Notes: a model not told the origin generated them from the letters alone. A DNA stretch of 64,000 nucleotides from Candidatus Latescibacterota bacterium (GCA_965248755.1 OZ252149.1:2976001-3040000), one strand, 5' to 3'; numbered from the stretch's first letter, positions 28,243 through 39,390 are shown. Translations and numbers: made by a program.

Positions 28243-30054
28243 CCCGGATTTACCCGGCCAGGAGTAGGACAAAAATGCCTGCATCACCTCTGACGATACC
28301 CCCTTAACCCTTCCACCTAACTCCTGATTGTATTTCTCAATAAAGTAATCGACAAGGAAAAAGGGAAGGTCCTCGATATGCTCGCGTAGCGGCGGCAGGA
28401 CGATAGGAACGACGTTAAGGCATAAGAACCGACATTCCCCATATCACATTCATGAGGGATTATATTTCGATACATTCTTGTTTCTGAATTAATATTACCA
28501 CTTTTACATTTTTCAACAAGTACTTTTTTCAATTAAAATAGTATTTTCCTCTGAATTATCACTTTCTTTGTGTTTAAATCCTCCAATTAGAGACACCTCT
28601 CCATCGACTCACAAAAAAATGTGGCAGTTTAAACAGAATAACATCGCAATCGTTCAATCCGGGATAATATTTCGGCAAATAACCTCTTGTCTATCCCAAC
28701 CTCAGCCATTTGAAACGTAATATATCCGCTGTGTCTGACAATCTTCGCTCCGATTTTGATAAATTTCACGAGGAGGCTGCGTAGTGACCAGTGTTTGATT
28801 TTCTTCGGAAGAACAAAACGTCGCAGGAAGTTGCCCAAGTTGTAAGCCAGAACAAACAGCCAGAGCCTCACCTGATTGGAGACGAAACGCTTGCATGAGA
28901 GTCGGGTCCAGTTCAGAGCATACTTGCCCTCCTTAATCCACTGCTCAGCTCTGCCACGGCCATTGTAGAAGTGTACCACGCCTTCTGGCTTGGCGCTCAT
29001 GTTGGTCACGATAAATCCCACTCTTGGGAATAACTCCCCTTGGTGCCATTCAACCTTGGCGACCACTCGCCTCGATTGATCCCAACTGGCCGCTTTATAT
29101 TGAAATTCATATAACGATACAATCGGTTTCCTCGGCGGTCGTCCAACTGGCCGAGTCAGCAGGTATCGTATCTTTTCATAGAGTATCTCATTTGCGGGAA
29201 GCCGAATGGCATACAAATAGCCGTTTCCCTCCAGATAATCATAAATCTCAGGCTTTGCGAATGCAGCATCGCCTCGAAAGTATTTCCTATTCTTCTTGCT
29301 CTCGTATCTCTTGACGATCGGTTCCAGAACTTCCTTCCAACGATCAGCACTGTGAACATTACCAGAGCGAAGTAGGACTCCTTCACAATCCCCGAACTGA
29401 TTGAAGCAGAACACTGGATGAAAACAGGTACATCCGAAATGACCGTTGTAAGCTGATCCTTCCTGCTGGCCATGTACCGGACTCTCCGAACTGTCCATGT
29501 CCAGAATGATTCGTTGATGCTGTGTTTTACTCATCGCTTTTTGAACCCACTTGCCATTGATATCTGACAAGTTTCTGAGATTGTCATGCTGAGTCAGTAT
29601 ATCAGTTTCAAAACGTCCTATCGTGTTGGAGCTGGCAGCTTGCCTGCCTTTGTCCTTCTTTCCGGTAATCGCTCGCATGACGGGATCAACGGATAATCGC
29701 TCGGCGTCATTTACATCTTCATATCCTGCAAGACGGCTGTATATCGATTGACGCAGGAGAGTAGATATATCATGTTGGATATTACGGCCTGTGCGTTTAT
29801 CGGTAAAAACCGCTGATACCGAATCAAATAATCCCAGTGCGTAATCAAGGTCACGATACGCAAGAAGTCCACCGTTTGATGTCACCTTTGCACCATGAAA
29901 TTCAAGCTTTATTCCTCCATCAAAACCTACTTTCATTCTTTCACCCTCTGGATGATCAATATTTATCCGCCATTTATGAGTCTTATTTATTGTAATATAA
30001 CATGTTCTGGCGACTTTGACAACCATTTTTCGGGTCTAATATGGCGAATGGGGG
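28243..30054 (-). mobile_element. IS1380 copy 2 (28429-30054) plus 186-bp captured passenger
   Basis: 5-bp TSD TAGAG at 28238-28242 and 30055-30059 flanks IS plus passenger. Confidence 0.9.
28629..30026 (-). CDS. IS1380 DDE transposase
   Basis: Protein identical to 4587-5984. Confidence 0.95.
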   Translation of the reverse strand: MVVKVARTCYITINKTHKWRINIDHPEGERMKVGFDGGIKLEFHGAKVTSNGGLLAYRDLDYALGLFDSVSAVFTDKRTGRNIQHDISTLLRQSIYSRLAGYEDVNDAERLSVDPVMRAITGKKDKGRQAASSNTIGRFETDILTQHDNLRNLSDINGKWVQKAMSKTQHQRIILDMDSSESPVHGQQEGSAYNGHFGCTCFHPVFCFNQFGDCEGVLLRSGNVHSADRWKEVLEPIVKRYESKKNRKYFRGDAAFAKPEIYDYLEGNGYLYAIRLPANEILYEKIRYLLTRPVGRPPRKPIVSLYEFQYKAASWDQSRRVVAKVEWHQGELFPRVGFIVTNMSAKPEGVVHFYNGRGRAEQWIKEGKYALNWTRLSCKRFVSNQVRLWLFVLAYNLGNFLRRFVLPKKIKHWSLRSLLVKFIKIGAKIVRHSGYITFQMAEVGIDKRLFAEILSRIERLRCYSV

Positions 30055-30306
30055 TAGAGTATAGTGTATTGGAGACTATGACAGAAGATGTCACAATGGG
30101 ATCGCGTTTTAATAGACTTTTTAAAAAGGGGTTAGCATGAAGACCGAAGGTAGAATCTACTATTTTGCCGCGTTCATTGACTTCTTTCTAGGTGATTTGG
30201 AATGTGATTCGTAGAGCAGCGAGGACGTACCATCTTGTCTACCAGAGAGGAAGTGTTACAACAGAGCATTACCAAGTTTAGAATAATATATGAGGAGTGA
30301 AAAGAC

Positions 30307-31257
30307 ATGGTAAGAACCTTCGTTTTCTACGGAGTTGTGGTGTTAGCACTGGTACTATCGGGAGCAGGCCAGGCATACGGGTTTTTAGATGCGGGGACGC
30401 ACGCGAGGTCTATGTCAATGGGGGGGGCCTTTGTGGCGGTGGCAGACGATCAGGATGCGATCTTTTTGAATCCGTCTGGTCTCGGTCAGATAGAGACTAG
30501 GATTGTGTCGTATACGAATGTGAGTTTACTTTTGACGGGGGTTGAGGGAGATAATTTGGGTCAGCACATACTGACTTACGTTCATCCTTTTGGTGGGAAT
30601 GTGGGTACATTGGGTTTTGGTTATCAGCGGGTGGGGAGTGACAGTTTTAATGAGAATGGATTTACGGCAAGTTGGGGGAAGGAGTTGAGACATGGGATAC
30701 ATTTGGGGTTGGGGTTGAGTTATTTGTGGTGGAGTGTGGGGGACATACCATCTGATAGAGTCAGTGGTAAGAAAGATCCGTTGTCTGGGGATAGCAGTGG
30801 GAATATAGGAGTAGACATAGGTGGATTATGTAGGAGTCCTTGGGATTTTAGTTTGGGATTCTTTTTGAAGAACATAAATGAACCGGATATATCCAAGGAA
30901 GGAGGTAATATAGCTGGGCAATCTGATGCAGGCAAGTTGCCGTTTGACATACGTTTTGGTGGTAGTTATCGTGTTGCGAGGGGATTATTGAGTGTAGAAT
31001 ATGTAGTAATGGATGTAGGGGGGGAAGGCGATACAGATACGAGGTTATTCTTCGGCGGAGAGGTAGATTTGGTGGCGGGGTTTAGTTTTCGGGTGGGCGG
31101 CAATAGGATATTTGAGGAGGGTAGCACGGGGGGATTTAGTTGGGGGTTGGGTTATGAGTTTAACAACGGTATAGATTTAGATTATGGTTACAACATTCCC
31201 CTGGGTGCAGTGAAGACTAAAGGCAGTGGCCGATTCACCCCCGCATATAAATTCTAA
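30307..31257 (+). CDS. PorV/PorQ-like outer-membrane beta-barrel, copy 2
   Basis: Close paralogue of 27100-28041 including flanking DNA. Confidence 0.8.
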   Translation: MVRTFVFYGVVVLALVLSGAGQAYGFLDAGTHARSMSMGGAFVAVADDQDAIFLNPSGLGQIETRIVSYTNVSLLLTGVEGDNLGQHILTYVHPFGGNVGTLGFGYQRVGSDSFNENGFTASWGKELRHGIHLGLGLSYLWWSVGDIPSDRVSGKKDPLSGDSSGNIGVDIGGLCRSPWDFSLGFFLKNINEPDISKEGGNIAGQSDAGKLPFDIRFGGSYRVARGLLSVEYVVMDVGGEGDTDTRLFFGGEVDLVAGFSFRVGGNRIFEEGSTGGFSWGLGYEFNNGIDLDYGYNIPLGAVKTKGSGRFTPAYKF

Positions 31258-32358
31258 ATGTCGGGTCAAAATAGTCTGGACCAGATTGTAAAGATCCAAA
31301 AATAGTAGATCGTATACAGCAGACAAAGCAGTTCAAGTGAGATTGTTTAGCTTCATCTCTCGTTCATTGCGAGAGGCATTCTCCCAAACCAATCTCCCAG
31401 GAGATTCCTGTCTACTTAAGTCCGTAAACGCTACACTACCGACATAGATATTAGAGTATAGTGCAGACTATGACAGAAGATGTCACAATGGGATCGCGTT
31501 TTAATAGACTTTTTAAAAAGAGGTTAGCATGAAGACCAAAGGTAGAATCTACTATTTTGCCGCTTTCATCAGTATGATTGTTTTTATATTGCTAACTTAC
31601 CCACAAATTGCATCTGCTTTAACTGGCGACTTTAATGGAGATGGCAAAGTTGACCTTAGTGATTTCGTATTATTCTTAGATGGGTTCGGCACATCAGATG
31701 CAAGATATGATTTAGATAATGATGGTACAGTTGGTCTTGGCGATTTCGTTATCTTTATTGACAATTTTGGCAGAACAGAAGCATTAAGCGGCCCCACTGA
31801 GAATGTATCTTTAAGTCTTGGAGTTCCTTTGCAAGTTCCAACCGTCTCTCCCAAAGTGGTGGGAGCACCAGGCACGAACCAGAGCATCGCTATTACCCGG
31901 GTGAGACTCCTTCTGGAAGAGGTAAAGCTTAAGACATCAGGGGAGGACGCGGGCAAGCCCGGGGCTGATTTCAAGATAGGACCGGTTGTTGTTGACTTAA
32001 ATTTGCAGGGAGCCATAACCCAGATTGGCGTTGGATCTATCCCAATAGGGATATATAACAAATTTGAATTTAAGGTGAAGAAACTGGATGCAGACGATAC
32101 CGACCCAGACGATCCACAATTCGCCGATTTTGCAGGCACTGAAAAAAGCATCATTATCGAGGGAATTCTTAATAGAATTGATTTCACCTTATCTATTGAA
32201 CAAGATTTTGAGCAGGAAACCGAATTAATACCTCCTCTGGAGATAGCTTCGGACACATCTGCCACAAATCTCTCCTTGATGGTAAATGTAACCGATTGGT
32301 TAGCTGGTTCTGATCCAACTGAACTTTTAACCCCCATTCGCCATATTAGACCCGAAAA

Positions 32359-33756
32359 ATGGTTGTCAAAGTCGCCAGAACATGTTATATTACAATAAAT
32401 AAGACTCATAAATGGCGGATAAATATTGATCATCCAGAGGGTGAAAGAATGAAAGTAGGTTTTGATGGAGGAATAAAGCTTGAATTTCATGGTGCAAAGG
32501 TGACATCAAACGGTGGACTTCTTGCGTATCGTGACCTTGATTACGCACTGGGATTATTTGATTCGGTATCAGCGGTTTTTACCGATAAACGCACAGGCCG
32601 TAATATCCAACATGATATATCTACTCTCCTGCGTCAATCGATATACAGCCGTCTTGCAGGATATGAAGATGTAAATGACGCCGAGCGATTATCCGTTGAT
32701 CCCGTCATGCGAGCGATTACCGGAAAGAAGGACAAAGGCAGGCAAGCTGCCAGCTCCAACACGATAGGACGTTTTGAAACTGATATACTGACTCAGCATG
32801 ACAATCTCAGAAACTTGTCAGATATCAATGGCAAGTGGGTTCAAAAAGCGATGAGTAAAACACAGCATCAACGAATCATTCTGGACATGGACAGTTCGGA
32901 GAGTCCGGTACATGGCCAGCAGGAAGGATCAGCTTACAACGGTCATTTCGGATGTACCTGTTTTCATCCAGTGTTCTGCTTCAATCAGTTCGGGGATTGT
33001 GAAGGAGTCCTACTTCGCTCTGGTAATGTTCACAGTGCTGATCGTTGGAAGGAAGTTCTGGAACCGATCGTCAAGAGATACGAGAGCAAGAAGAATAGGA
33101 AATACTTTCGAGGCGATGCTGCATTCGCAAAGCCTGAGATTTATGATTATCTGGAGGGAAACGGCTATTTGTATGCCATTCGGCTTCCCGCAAATGAGAT
33201 ACTCTATGAAAAGATACGATACCTGCTGACTCGGCCAGTTGGACGACCGCCGAGGAAACCGATTGTATCGTTATATGAATTTCAATATAAAGCGGCCAGT
33301 TGGGATCAATCGAGGCGAGTGGTCGCCAAGGTTGAATGGCACCAAGGGGAGTTATTCCCAAGAGTGGGATTTATCGTGACCAACATGAGCGCCAAGCCAG
33401 AAGGCGTGGTACACTTCTACAATGGCCGTGGCAGAGCTGAGCAGTGGATTAAGGAGGGCAAGTATGCTCTGAACTGGACCCGACTCTCATGCAAGCGTTT
33501 CGTCTCCAATCAGGTGAGGCTCTGGCTGTTTGTTCTGGCTTACAACTTGGGCAACTTCCTGCGACGTTTTGTTCTTCCGAAGAAAATCAAACACTGGTCA
33601 CTACGCAGCCTCCTCGTGAAATTTATCAAAATCGGAGCGAAGATTGTCAGACACAGCGGATATATTACGTTTCAAATGGCTGAGGTTGGGATAGACAAGA
33701 GGTTATTTGCCGAAATATTATCCCGGATTGAACGATTGCGATGTTATTCTGTTTAA
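32359..33756 (+). CDS. IS1380 DDE transposase
   Basis: Protein identical to the other two copies. Confidence 0.95.
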   Translation: MVVKVARTCYITINKTHKWRINIDHPEGERMKVGFDGGIKLEFHGAKVTSNGGLLAYRDLDYALGLFDSVSAVFTDKRTGRNIQHDISTLLRQSIYSRLAGYEDVNDAERLSVDPVMRAITGKKDKGRQAASSNTIGRFETDILTQHDNLRNLSDINGKWVQKAMSKTQHQRIILDMDSSESPVHGQQEGSAYNGHFGCTCFHPVFCFNQFGDCEGVLLRSGNVHSADRWKEVLEPIVKRYESKKNRKYFRGDAAFAKPEIYDYLEGNGYLYAIRLPANEILYEKIRYLLTRPVGRPPRKPIVSLYEFQYKAASWDQSRRVVAKVEWHQGELFPRVGFIVTNMSAKPEGVVHFYNGRGRAEQWIKEGKYALNWTRLSCKRFVSNQVRLWLFVLAYNLGNFLRRFVLPKKIKHWSLRSLLVKFIKIGAKIVRHSGYITFQMAEVGIDKRLFAEILSRIERLRCYSV

Positions 33757-33956
33757 ACTGCCACATTTTTTTGTGAGTCGATGGAGAGGTGTCTCTAATT
33801 GGAGGATTTAAACACAAAGAAAGTGATAATTCAGAGGAAAATACTATTTTAATTGAAAAAAGTACTTGTTGAAAAATGTAAAAGTGGTAATATTAATTCA
33901 GAAACAAGAATGTATCGAAATATAATCCCTCATGAATGTGATATGGGGAATGTCGG

Positions 33957-34142
33957 TTCTTATGCCTTAACGTCGTTCCTATCGTCCTGCCGCCGCTACG
34001 CGAGCATATCGAGGACCTTCCCTTTTTCCTTGTCGATTACTTTATTGAGAAATACAATCAGGAGTTAGGTGGAAGGGTTAAGGGGGTATCGTCAGAGGTG
34101 ATGCAGGCATTTTTGTCCTACTCCTGGCCGGGTAAATCCGGG
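33957..34142 (+). pseudogene. Captured internal fragment of a sigma54 enhancer-binding (NtrC-like) gene; also at 28243-28428
   Basis: Translates to LNVVPIVLPPLREHIEDLP..VDYFIEKYN..VKGVSSEVMQAFLSYSWPG. Confidence 0.8.
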
Positions 34143-34232
34143 TTATAATAAATACGGCTTCGCGGGAGTTGCAATAAGGGCCAACTATTACAGGAATCCT
34201 GTCGAAGACTCTCTGGTGATGGTGAAGTTTAT

Positions 34233-35039
34233 TTGAGTGAAAATCCCTTAGACACTACTATAGAAACTTCCGAATTCCTCAGGGGACAGGGCTTTACGGG
34301 GGCGAAAATCGGGGTTGTGTTGGGATCAGGATGGAGAGTCTTTGCGGAGTCTTTCAAGTTCGATCTTTCCATTTCGTACAGCAAGATCCCTCATTTTTGG
34401 AACTGCCGTGTCCAGGGCCACGAAGGGATGTTGTACCTGGGTTCAGTTTCGGGTAAAAGGTGCCTAGTTATGTCGGGGAGGGCGCACCTCTATGAGGGTC
34501 TCGACTGGGACGAGGTGACTTTTCCGATCAGAGCAATAGGGACTTTGGGTGTGAAGACTCTTGTAGTTACGAACGCTGCAGGTGGGATAAATAAAGCGTT
34601 TCGCGTAGGTGATCTTATGCTTATCTCAGATCACGTGGGGACGTTCATGCTGGAAAGGAGAAGGCTAAGTTTCCTCAGTTCGGGAGGGGAAAGCTACTGC
34701 TCGATGAAACTTCGAAAGAGGGCATACCAAGCGGCACAAAGGCACGGGATCTCGCTAAAGGAAGGTGTCCTTCTGGGCATGTTGGGCCCTTCTTATGAGA
34801 CACCAGCTGAACTGGAGATGGCAAGACGGATAGGGGTTGACGCTGTGACGATGTCCACTATACCTGAGGTTAAAGCGGCAAAAGAACAGAGTATGGACGC
34901 CCTGGGCGTCTCTTTCATATCTAATCTGACCTTTGGAAATCGCCCAGACAGTCTGGATCATTCCGGAGTTATAGCGGTTTCTGAAAGATTTAAACAGAAG
35001 ATGTCGGACTTTCTAACGGGGCTAGTAGATTGCGTATAG
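34233..35039 (+). CDS. punA: Purine nucleoside phosphorylase (trimeric PNP I), carried as a passenger
   Basis: GVVLGSG, GRAHLYEG, VTNAAGG, GPSYETPAE and MSTIPE motifs. Confidence 0.9.
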   Translation: MSENPLDTTIETSEFLRGQGFTGAKIGVVLGSGWRVFAESFKFDLSISYSKIPHFWNCRVQGHEGMLYLGSVSGKRCLVMSGRAHLYEGLDWDEVTFPIRAIGTLGVKTLVVTNAAGGINKAFRVGDLMLISDHVGTFMLERRRLSFLSSGGESYCSMKLRKRAYQAAQRHGISLKEGVLLGMLGPSYETPAELEMARRIGVDAVTMSTIPEVKAAKEQSMDALGVSFISNLTFGNRPDSLDHSGVIAVSERFKQKMSDFLTGLVDCV

Positions 35040-35060
35040 CAGATCAACTAAAGGAGCAAT

Positions 35061-35133
35061 ATGAACTGGTTCGATAAGATAAAAAAGGGGATTAAGACAA
35101 GGATAAAGAGGGGGATACCGGAGGATATATGGA
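35061..35133 (+). pseudogene. Captured 5' end of an accD-like gene
   Basis: RBS aaggag then MNWFDKIKKGIKTRIKRGIPEDIW, resembling the AccD N-terminus; cut at the unit end. Confidence 0.55.
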
Positions 35134-36130
35134 TTTAAATCTAAAGGATCTAACAATCATAGAACAGATCGCGGAGAACATTGCGCAATCTTTTGAGGCC
35201 TTTGAAGATGATGACGGGGATGGAGAGCTTGATTTTGAAGGAGATGTCTCCACTGTTAACCTTGGCAACAACAGCTTCACACTTACTAATAGTTTGATTG
35301 TTGTGACTGACAGTACTACAATCTTTCAGGGTTCGATTGTAAGCTTAGATAGCGTCGAGAGTCTGCTGTCGCAAGGCAAAGAGGTTGAAGTCGAAGGAGA
35401 AGGAAGCAGACTAAGCGACGGCTCAGTTTTTGCCACTGAAGTTAAGTTTGAGTCTGAAGAGGAAGAACGAAAAGAGGAAGATGGCAAGGGTGGTAAAGGG
35501 GGAGGTACCGCTCCAACAATAGATGCTGTCAATCCGAATAGTGTTCCTGCGGGAACGGACGCTGTGGTGACTATCACAGGTTCTAATTTCTTCAATACGC
35601 CGGATTCCATTACGCCCGATAGAATCGGGGAGACGCCGGATGGAATCCGGGTATCTATTGACGGGATCATGCTGGCTGTGACGTTTGTTGATTCTACTAC
35701 TCTTAAGGCCACGATTCCGGGGACGGTAGCCGAGGGGTTATACGACGTGACTGTGACGAACCCGGACGACCAGAGCGTGACGCTCTCCAGAGCTTTGACA
35801 GTGGAAGGCGAGGAAGTGGACGGTACCGCTCCGACGATAGATGCTGTCGTTCCGGATCATGTGCCTTTGGGCATGGATAGTGTGGTGACCATCACAGGAG
35901 CTAATTTCTTCAATACGCCGGATTCCATTACGCCCGATAGAATCGGGGAGACGCCGGATGGAATCCGGGTATCTATTGACGGGATCATGCTGGCTGTGAC
36001 GTTTGTTGATTCTACTACTCTTAAGGCCACGGTTCCGGGGACGGTAGCCGAGGGGGTCTACGACGTGACTGTGACGAACCCGGACGACCAGAGTGTGACG
36101 CTCCCCAGAGGTTTGACAGTGGAACCTGAG

Positions 36131-36292
36131 TAAGTAGAAGAAAGGGAAGGTGTCGGCGCAACGACGAAGGTAAAGGTATACGCCCGATTGAGCCATTCGG
36201 GGAGAGGCCCGATAGAATCATTCGGGGGCAGACCCCCTACTCAAAGGGGGCGTGTTTGGATCTCTTAAAGTAGCCGAGGACACAGCATCTGG
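36131..36292. repeat. Direct repeat of 38602-38792, including the 3' end of the xis-like gene
   Basis: gtaagtagaaga..ctactcaaagggggcgtgttt..gaggacac shared. Confidence 0.8.
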
Positions 36293-36350
36293 AAAAGTCT
36301 ATTTCATCAAAATCGGCTTCCTCGTTTTCAGAAATCCATCTGCCAAAACC

Positions 36351-38441
36351 TTAGAGCCTACCCACGACAAACAGGACATCAAAAAGATTAACTATGCCAT
36401 CAGCCCCTCCGCCTGTACCATCCACTGCATCCATAAGGAACCTTGTTACTTTATCCACTCCTGATATCACATCCGACGCACCAGACTCAGAAATCCTGCT
36501 AAGAACCACATCCACTACAAAGTCCAAATCCTCCGTGCCAATCTCACCGTCTGATACTCCTCTCTTAAAAGGTGAGAACCTCGACACATCCCCCATAATC
36601 CCCGTCACAGTCCGTATCATAAATCCTCCATCACCGGTTATTCCCACAAACTCCGAGCCCCGTCTCCACCGTGTGACTCCTCCGATCTCATCGAAGGTCC
36701 AACTCTTACCCGTGTCAAGACCGATATTTACACCTATCGAAGGACCCGCAGCAGAAGATAGCTCCATAGCTATAAACAGAGTCTGTCCCTGAGTTATTCC
36801 TACACTGACTCTGCCATCCTCAAACCTTGTGAATCCTTCAGATGCAAGCTGACTCAAACCTCCGGCAGGGTCTATCACCTTACTTGTCAACGACACTCCC
36901 GGCTCACTGCCGCTGGCATCAAAGACCCTGGCGACAAAAGGATTAAGCACCGCTGTGACGTTATAACTCACAGCCAAAAGGCTATCCCTCAACGTCCCGG
37001 CGGTGTTGACCTTGACCGTATCTACCACGGTCTCAATGGCTGCTCTATCTCCCGTAGCGTCAAAGGAGACAGTATCGCTTATCGCATCAATAGAAACAAA
37101 AGTAAATCCGTTAGAAAGCGTGTCTGCCTGACCGTCTGGATTTATCACTATCACATCTACTATAGCGACAGCATGAGCTAAAGTCACTGCAGTAATAATA
37201 GTGTCCGACACTACGACTATATTTGTGGCTGAGCTATCTCCAAAACTAACAGTCCCTCCGATTTTGAAACCACCACCTCCTATCGTCACAGACGTACCTC
37301 CCAATTCCGTGCCGGAAGCGGGGTCAATTGATGTCACAGAAGGAGGAGGCTCCACCTTACGTATCCGCTGATTGCCCTGATCCGCAATATAGATAACCCC
37401 CAATCCATCCACGAATACGCTCTGAGGAAAATTGAAACTTGCACTGGTAGCCGGACCTCCATCACCGGAAAATGCCTTGGTGCCATTTCCTGCCACGGTG
37501 GAGATGATGCCTGACGTATCCACCTTACGTATCCGGTGATTGACCTTATCCGCGATGTAGATAACCCCCGATCCATCCCCGAATACGCCAAGAGGAGCGT
37601 TCAAACTCGCACTGGTAGCTGGACCACCATCACCGGAAAATGTACTAGTGCCCTTTCCTGCCACGGTGGAGATGATGCCCGATGTATCCACCTTGCGTAT
37701 CCGGTGATTGAGCTGATCCGCAATATAGAAATTGCCCGATCCATCCACGAATACGCCAGAAGGAGTCTTCAAGCTCGCACTGGTAGCTGGACCTCCATCA
37801 CCGGAGAATCCAGAAGTGCTATTTCCTGCCACGGTGGTGATGATGCCTGATGTATCTACCTTACGTATCCGGTTATTGCTGCTGTCGGCAATATAGATAT
37901 TTCCTAATCCATCCACGGATACACCCTGAGGGTTACGTAAGCGCGCGTTGGTAGCTGGACCTCCATCACCGGAAAATCCAAAAGTGCTACTTCCTGCCAC
38001 GGTGGTGATGATGCCCGACGTATCAACCTTACGTATCCGGTGATTGGTCCTATCCACGATGTAGATATTTCCCGATCCATCCACGAATACGCCAAAAGGG
38101 GAGTTCAAACTCGCACTGGTAGCTGGACCACCATCACCGGAAAATGCAGCAGTGCCATTTCCTGCCACGGTGGAGATGATGCCCGACGCATCAACCTTAC
38201 GTATCCGGTGATGGAGCCAATCCCCAATATAGATATTGCCCGATCCATCCACGAATACGCCACGAGGACCATTCAACCTCGCACTGGTAGCTGGACCACC
38301 ATCACCTAAACCACTGTTTCCACCTCCTGCCACGGTGGAGATGATCCCCAACGCAGAAGCAACTGAAGGGACGAATTCAAACGTCCAAAAGCCCACAAGC
38401 AGCACGCTAATCAGAATGGCTTTATAGTGATCTTTGTTCAT
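36351..38441 (-). CDS. Secreted NHL-repeat + IPT/TIG protein with dockerin-like C-terminus
   Basis: Six GDGGPAT.A.L..P.GV.VDG.G..YIAD repeats; signal peptide. Confidence 0.9.
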   Translation of the reverse strand: MNKDHYKAILISVLLVGFWTFEFVPSVASALGIISTVAGGGNSGLGDGGPATSARLNGPRGVFVDGSGNIYIGDWLHHRIRKVDASGIISTVAGNGTAAFSGDGGPATSASLNSPFGVFVDGSGNIYIVDRTNHRIRKVDTSGIITTVAGSSTFGFSGDGGPATNARLRNPQGVSVDGLGNIYIADSSNNRIRKVDTSGIITTVAGNSTSGFSGDGGPATSASLKTPSGVFVDGSGNFYIADQLNHRIRKVDTSGIISTVAGKGTSTFSGDGGPATSASLNAPLGVFGDGSGVIYIADKVNHRIRKVDTSGIISTVAGNGTKAFSGDGGPATSASFNFPQSVFVDGLGVIYIADQGNQRIRKVEPPPSVTSIDPASGTELGGTSVTIGGGGFKIGGTVSFGDSSATNIVVVSDTIITAVTLAHAVAIVDVIVINPDGQADTLSNGFTFVSIDAISDTVSFDATGDRAAIETVVDTVKVNTAGTLRDSLLAVSYNVTAVLNPFVARVFDASGSEPGVSLTSKVIDPAGGLSQLASEGFTRFEDGRVSVGITQGQTLFIAMELSSAAGPSIGVNIGLDTGKSWTFDEIGGVTRWRRGSEFVGITGDGGFMIRTVTGIMGDVSRFSPFKRGVSDGEIGTEDLDFVVDVVLSRISESGASDVISGVDKVTRFLMDAVDGTGGGADGIVNLFDVLFVVGRL

Positions 38442-38736
38442 GATGTATACCTCTATAATGTTCGGATGAATGAAAAAGGCGACCAGTACTTGCCATATAC
38501 TTTCTAATGTTATTTATCACATAATAACATATTATGACATATTATGAAAGCATTGTTCTGGTTTAATATGGGGAATGTGGGAATATAGCTTAAAATGACG
38601 CGTAAGTAGAAGAAGGGGAAGGCGCCCGATAGAATCATTCGGGGAGAGGCCCGATTGAGCCATTCGGGGGCAGACAGCCGGCGCAATGACGAAGGTAAAG
38701 GTACAGGCCCGATAGAATCATTCGGGGGCAGGCCCC

Positions 38737-38942
38737 CTACTCAAAGGGGGCGTGTTTTGATCTCGTAAAGTAGCCGAGGACACTGCTTCTGGGCAGGAGG
38801 TACTGTTTTCCCGGCTTGTAGGCTGTGAGCAATCCGCAGTGTATTAGTTTACGTGCCTTTCTGTTCAGAAAGGCATCTGTCTTTCTGAACACCTTAGGAA
38901 TTTAGCCGCCTCCTTGACTGTAAGCATGTCCTGGGTATCCAT
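38737..38942 (-). pseudogene. Disrupted copy of the xis-like HTH gene
   Basis: Near-identical to 42073-42258; inserted palindrome tgcctttctgaacagaaaggca introduces a stop. Confidence 0.85.
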
Positions 38943-39060
38943 CTTTGCCTCCTTTTGTACCGTAAATTCAGGTTGACAAAAGAAATTCGTTATTATACTT
39001 TTAATCGTAAAGGCATACCGCTCCCCTTGACAGAGCGACAAATATTTCGCAAATTGGGGT

Positions 39061-39390
39061 TTGAGAAGGGAGGTCAAGGTGTCGAGCCCCGAAGTGAAAG
39101 ATGGTAAGCGCTGGACGGCGACCCGTAAGGGAGAGATTGTGTTGGCTCTTTTGAGAGGAGCAGATCTATCTGAGGTGTGTCGTAAGAATGGAATTAGCCA
39201 GTCGCAGGCGTATGCTTGGCGTGATAGTTTCTTAGAAGGGGGCCAGGAGAGTCTGAAGTCTCGGCGTGGTCGCAAGGATCCGAAGGAGCGAGAGGTTAGC
39301 CGGTTGGAGCGCAAGGTAGGGCAGTTGACGCTCCAGTTGGAGATACTCGAAGAGGTAGCCCGTCTAAAAAAAACGAAGCGGTTGCCTTGA
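39061..39390 (+). CDS. IS3 transposase OrfA (HTH)
   Basis: RWTA.RK.EIV...SEVCRK.GIS....Y.W pattern. Confidence 0.85.
   Translation: MRREVKVSSPEVKDGKRWTATRKGEIVLALLRGADLSEVCRKNGISQSQAYAWRDSFLEGGQESLKSRRGRKDPKEREVSRLERKVGQLTLQLEILEEVARLKKTKRLP

Larger units (their letters stand above)
32331..35133 (+). mobile_element. IS1380 copy 3 (32331-33956) plus ~1.18 kb captured DNA
   Basis: TSD TTTAA at 32326-32330 and 35134-35138; removing the unit restores the ORF. Confidence 0.85.
31529..36133 (+). pseudogene. Secreted dockerin/EF-hand + DUF4382-like + DUF5666-like + two IPT/TIG protein, split by the IS1380 unit
   Basis: Halves 31529-32330 and 35139-36133 rejoin in frame (SDPTELL|NLKDLTIIEQ). Confidence 0.8.

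Noticed and set aside
31597..32490. 297-aa minus-strand ORF, and similar shadows such as 9198-10067 and 42656-43504
   Set aside because: Overlap well-supported genes and have no recognisable motifs
33853..34068. 71-aa ORF repeated at 28317-28532, and the MNVIWGMS-starting ORFs
   Set aside because: Read-outs from the IS1380 right end, not real genes
28243..34142. Composite transposon formed by inverted IS1380 copies 2 and 3 around the PorV-like gene
   Set aside because: Each copy has its own TSD (TAGAG and TTTAA), so they inserted independently
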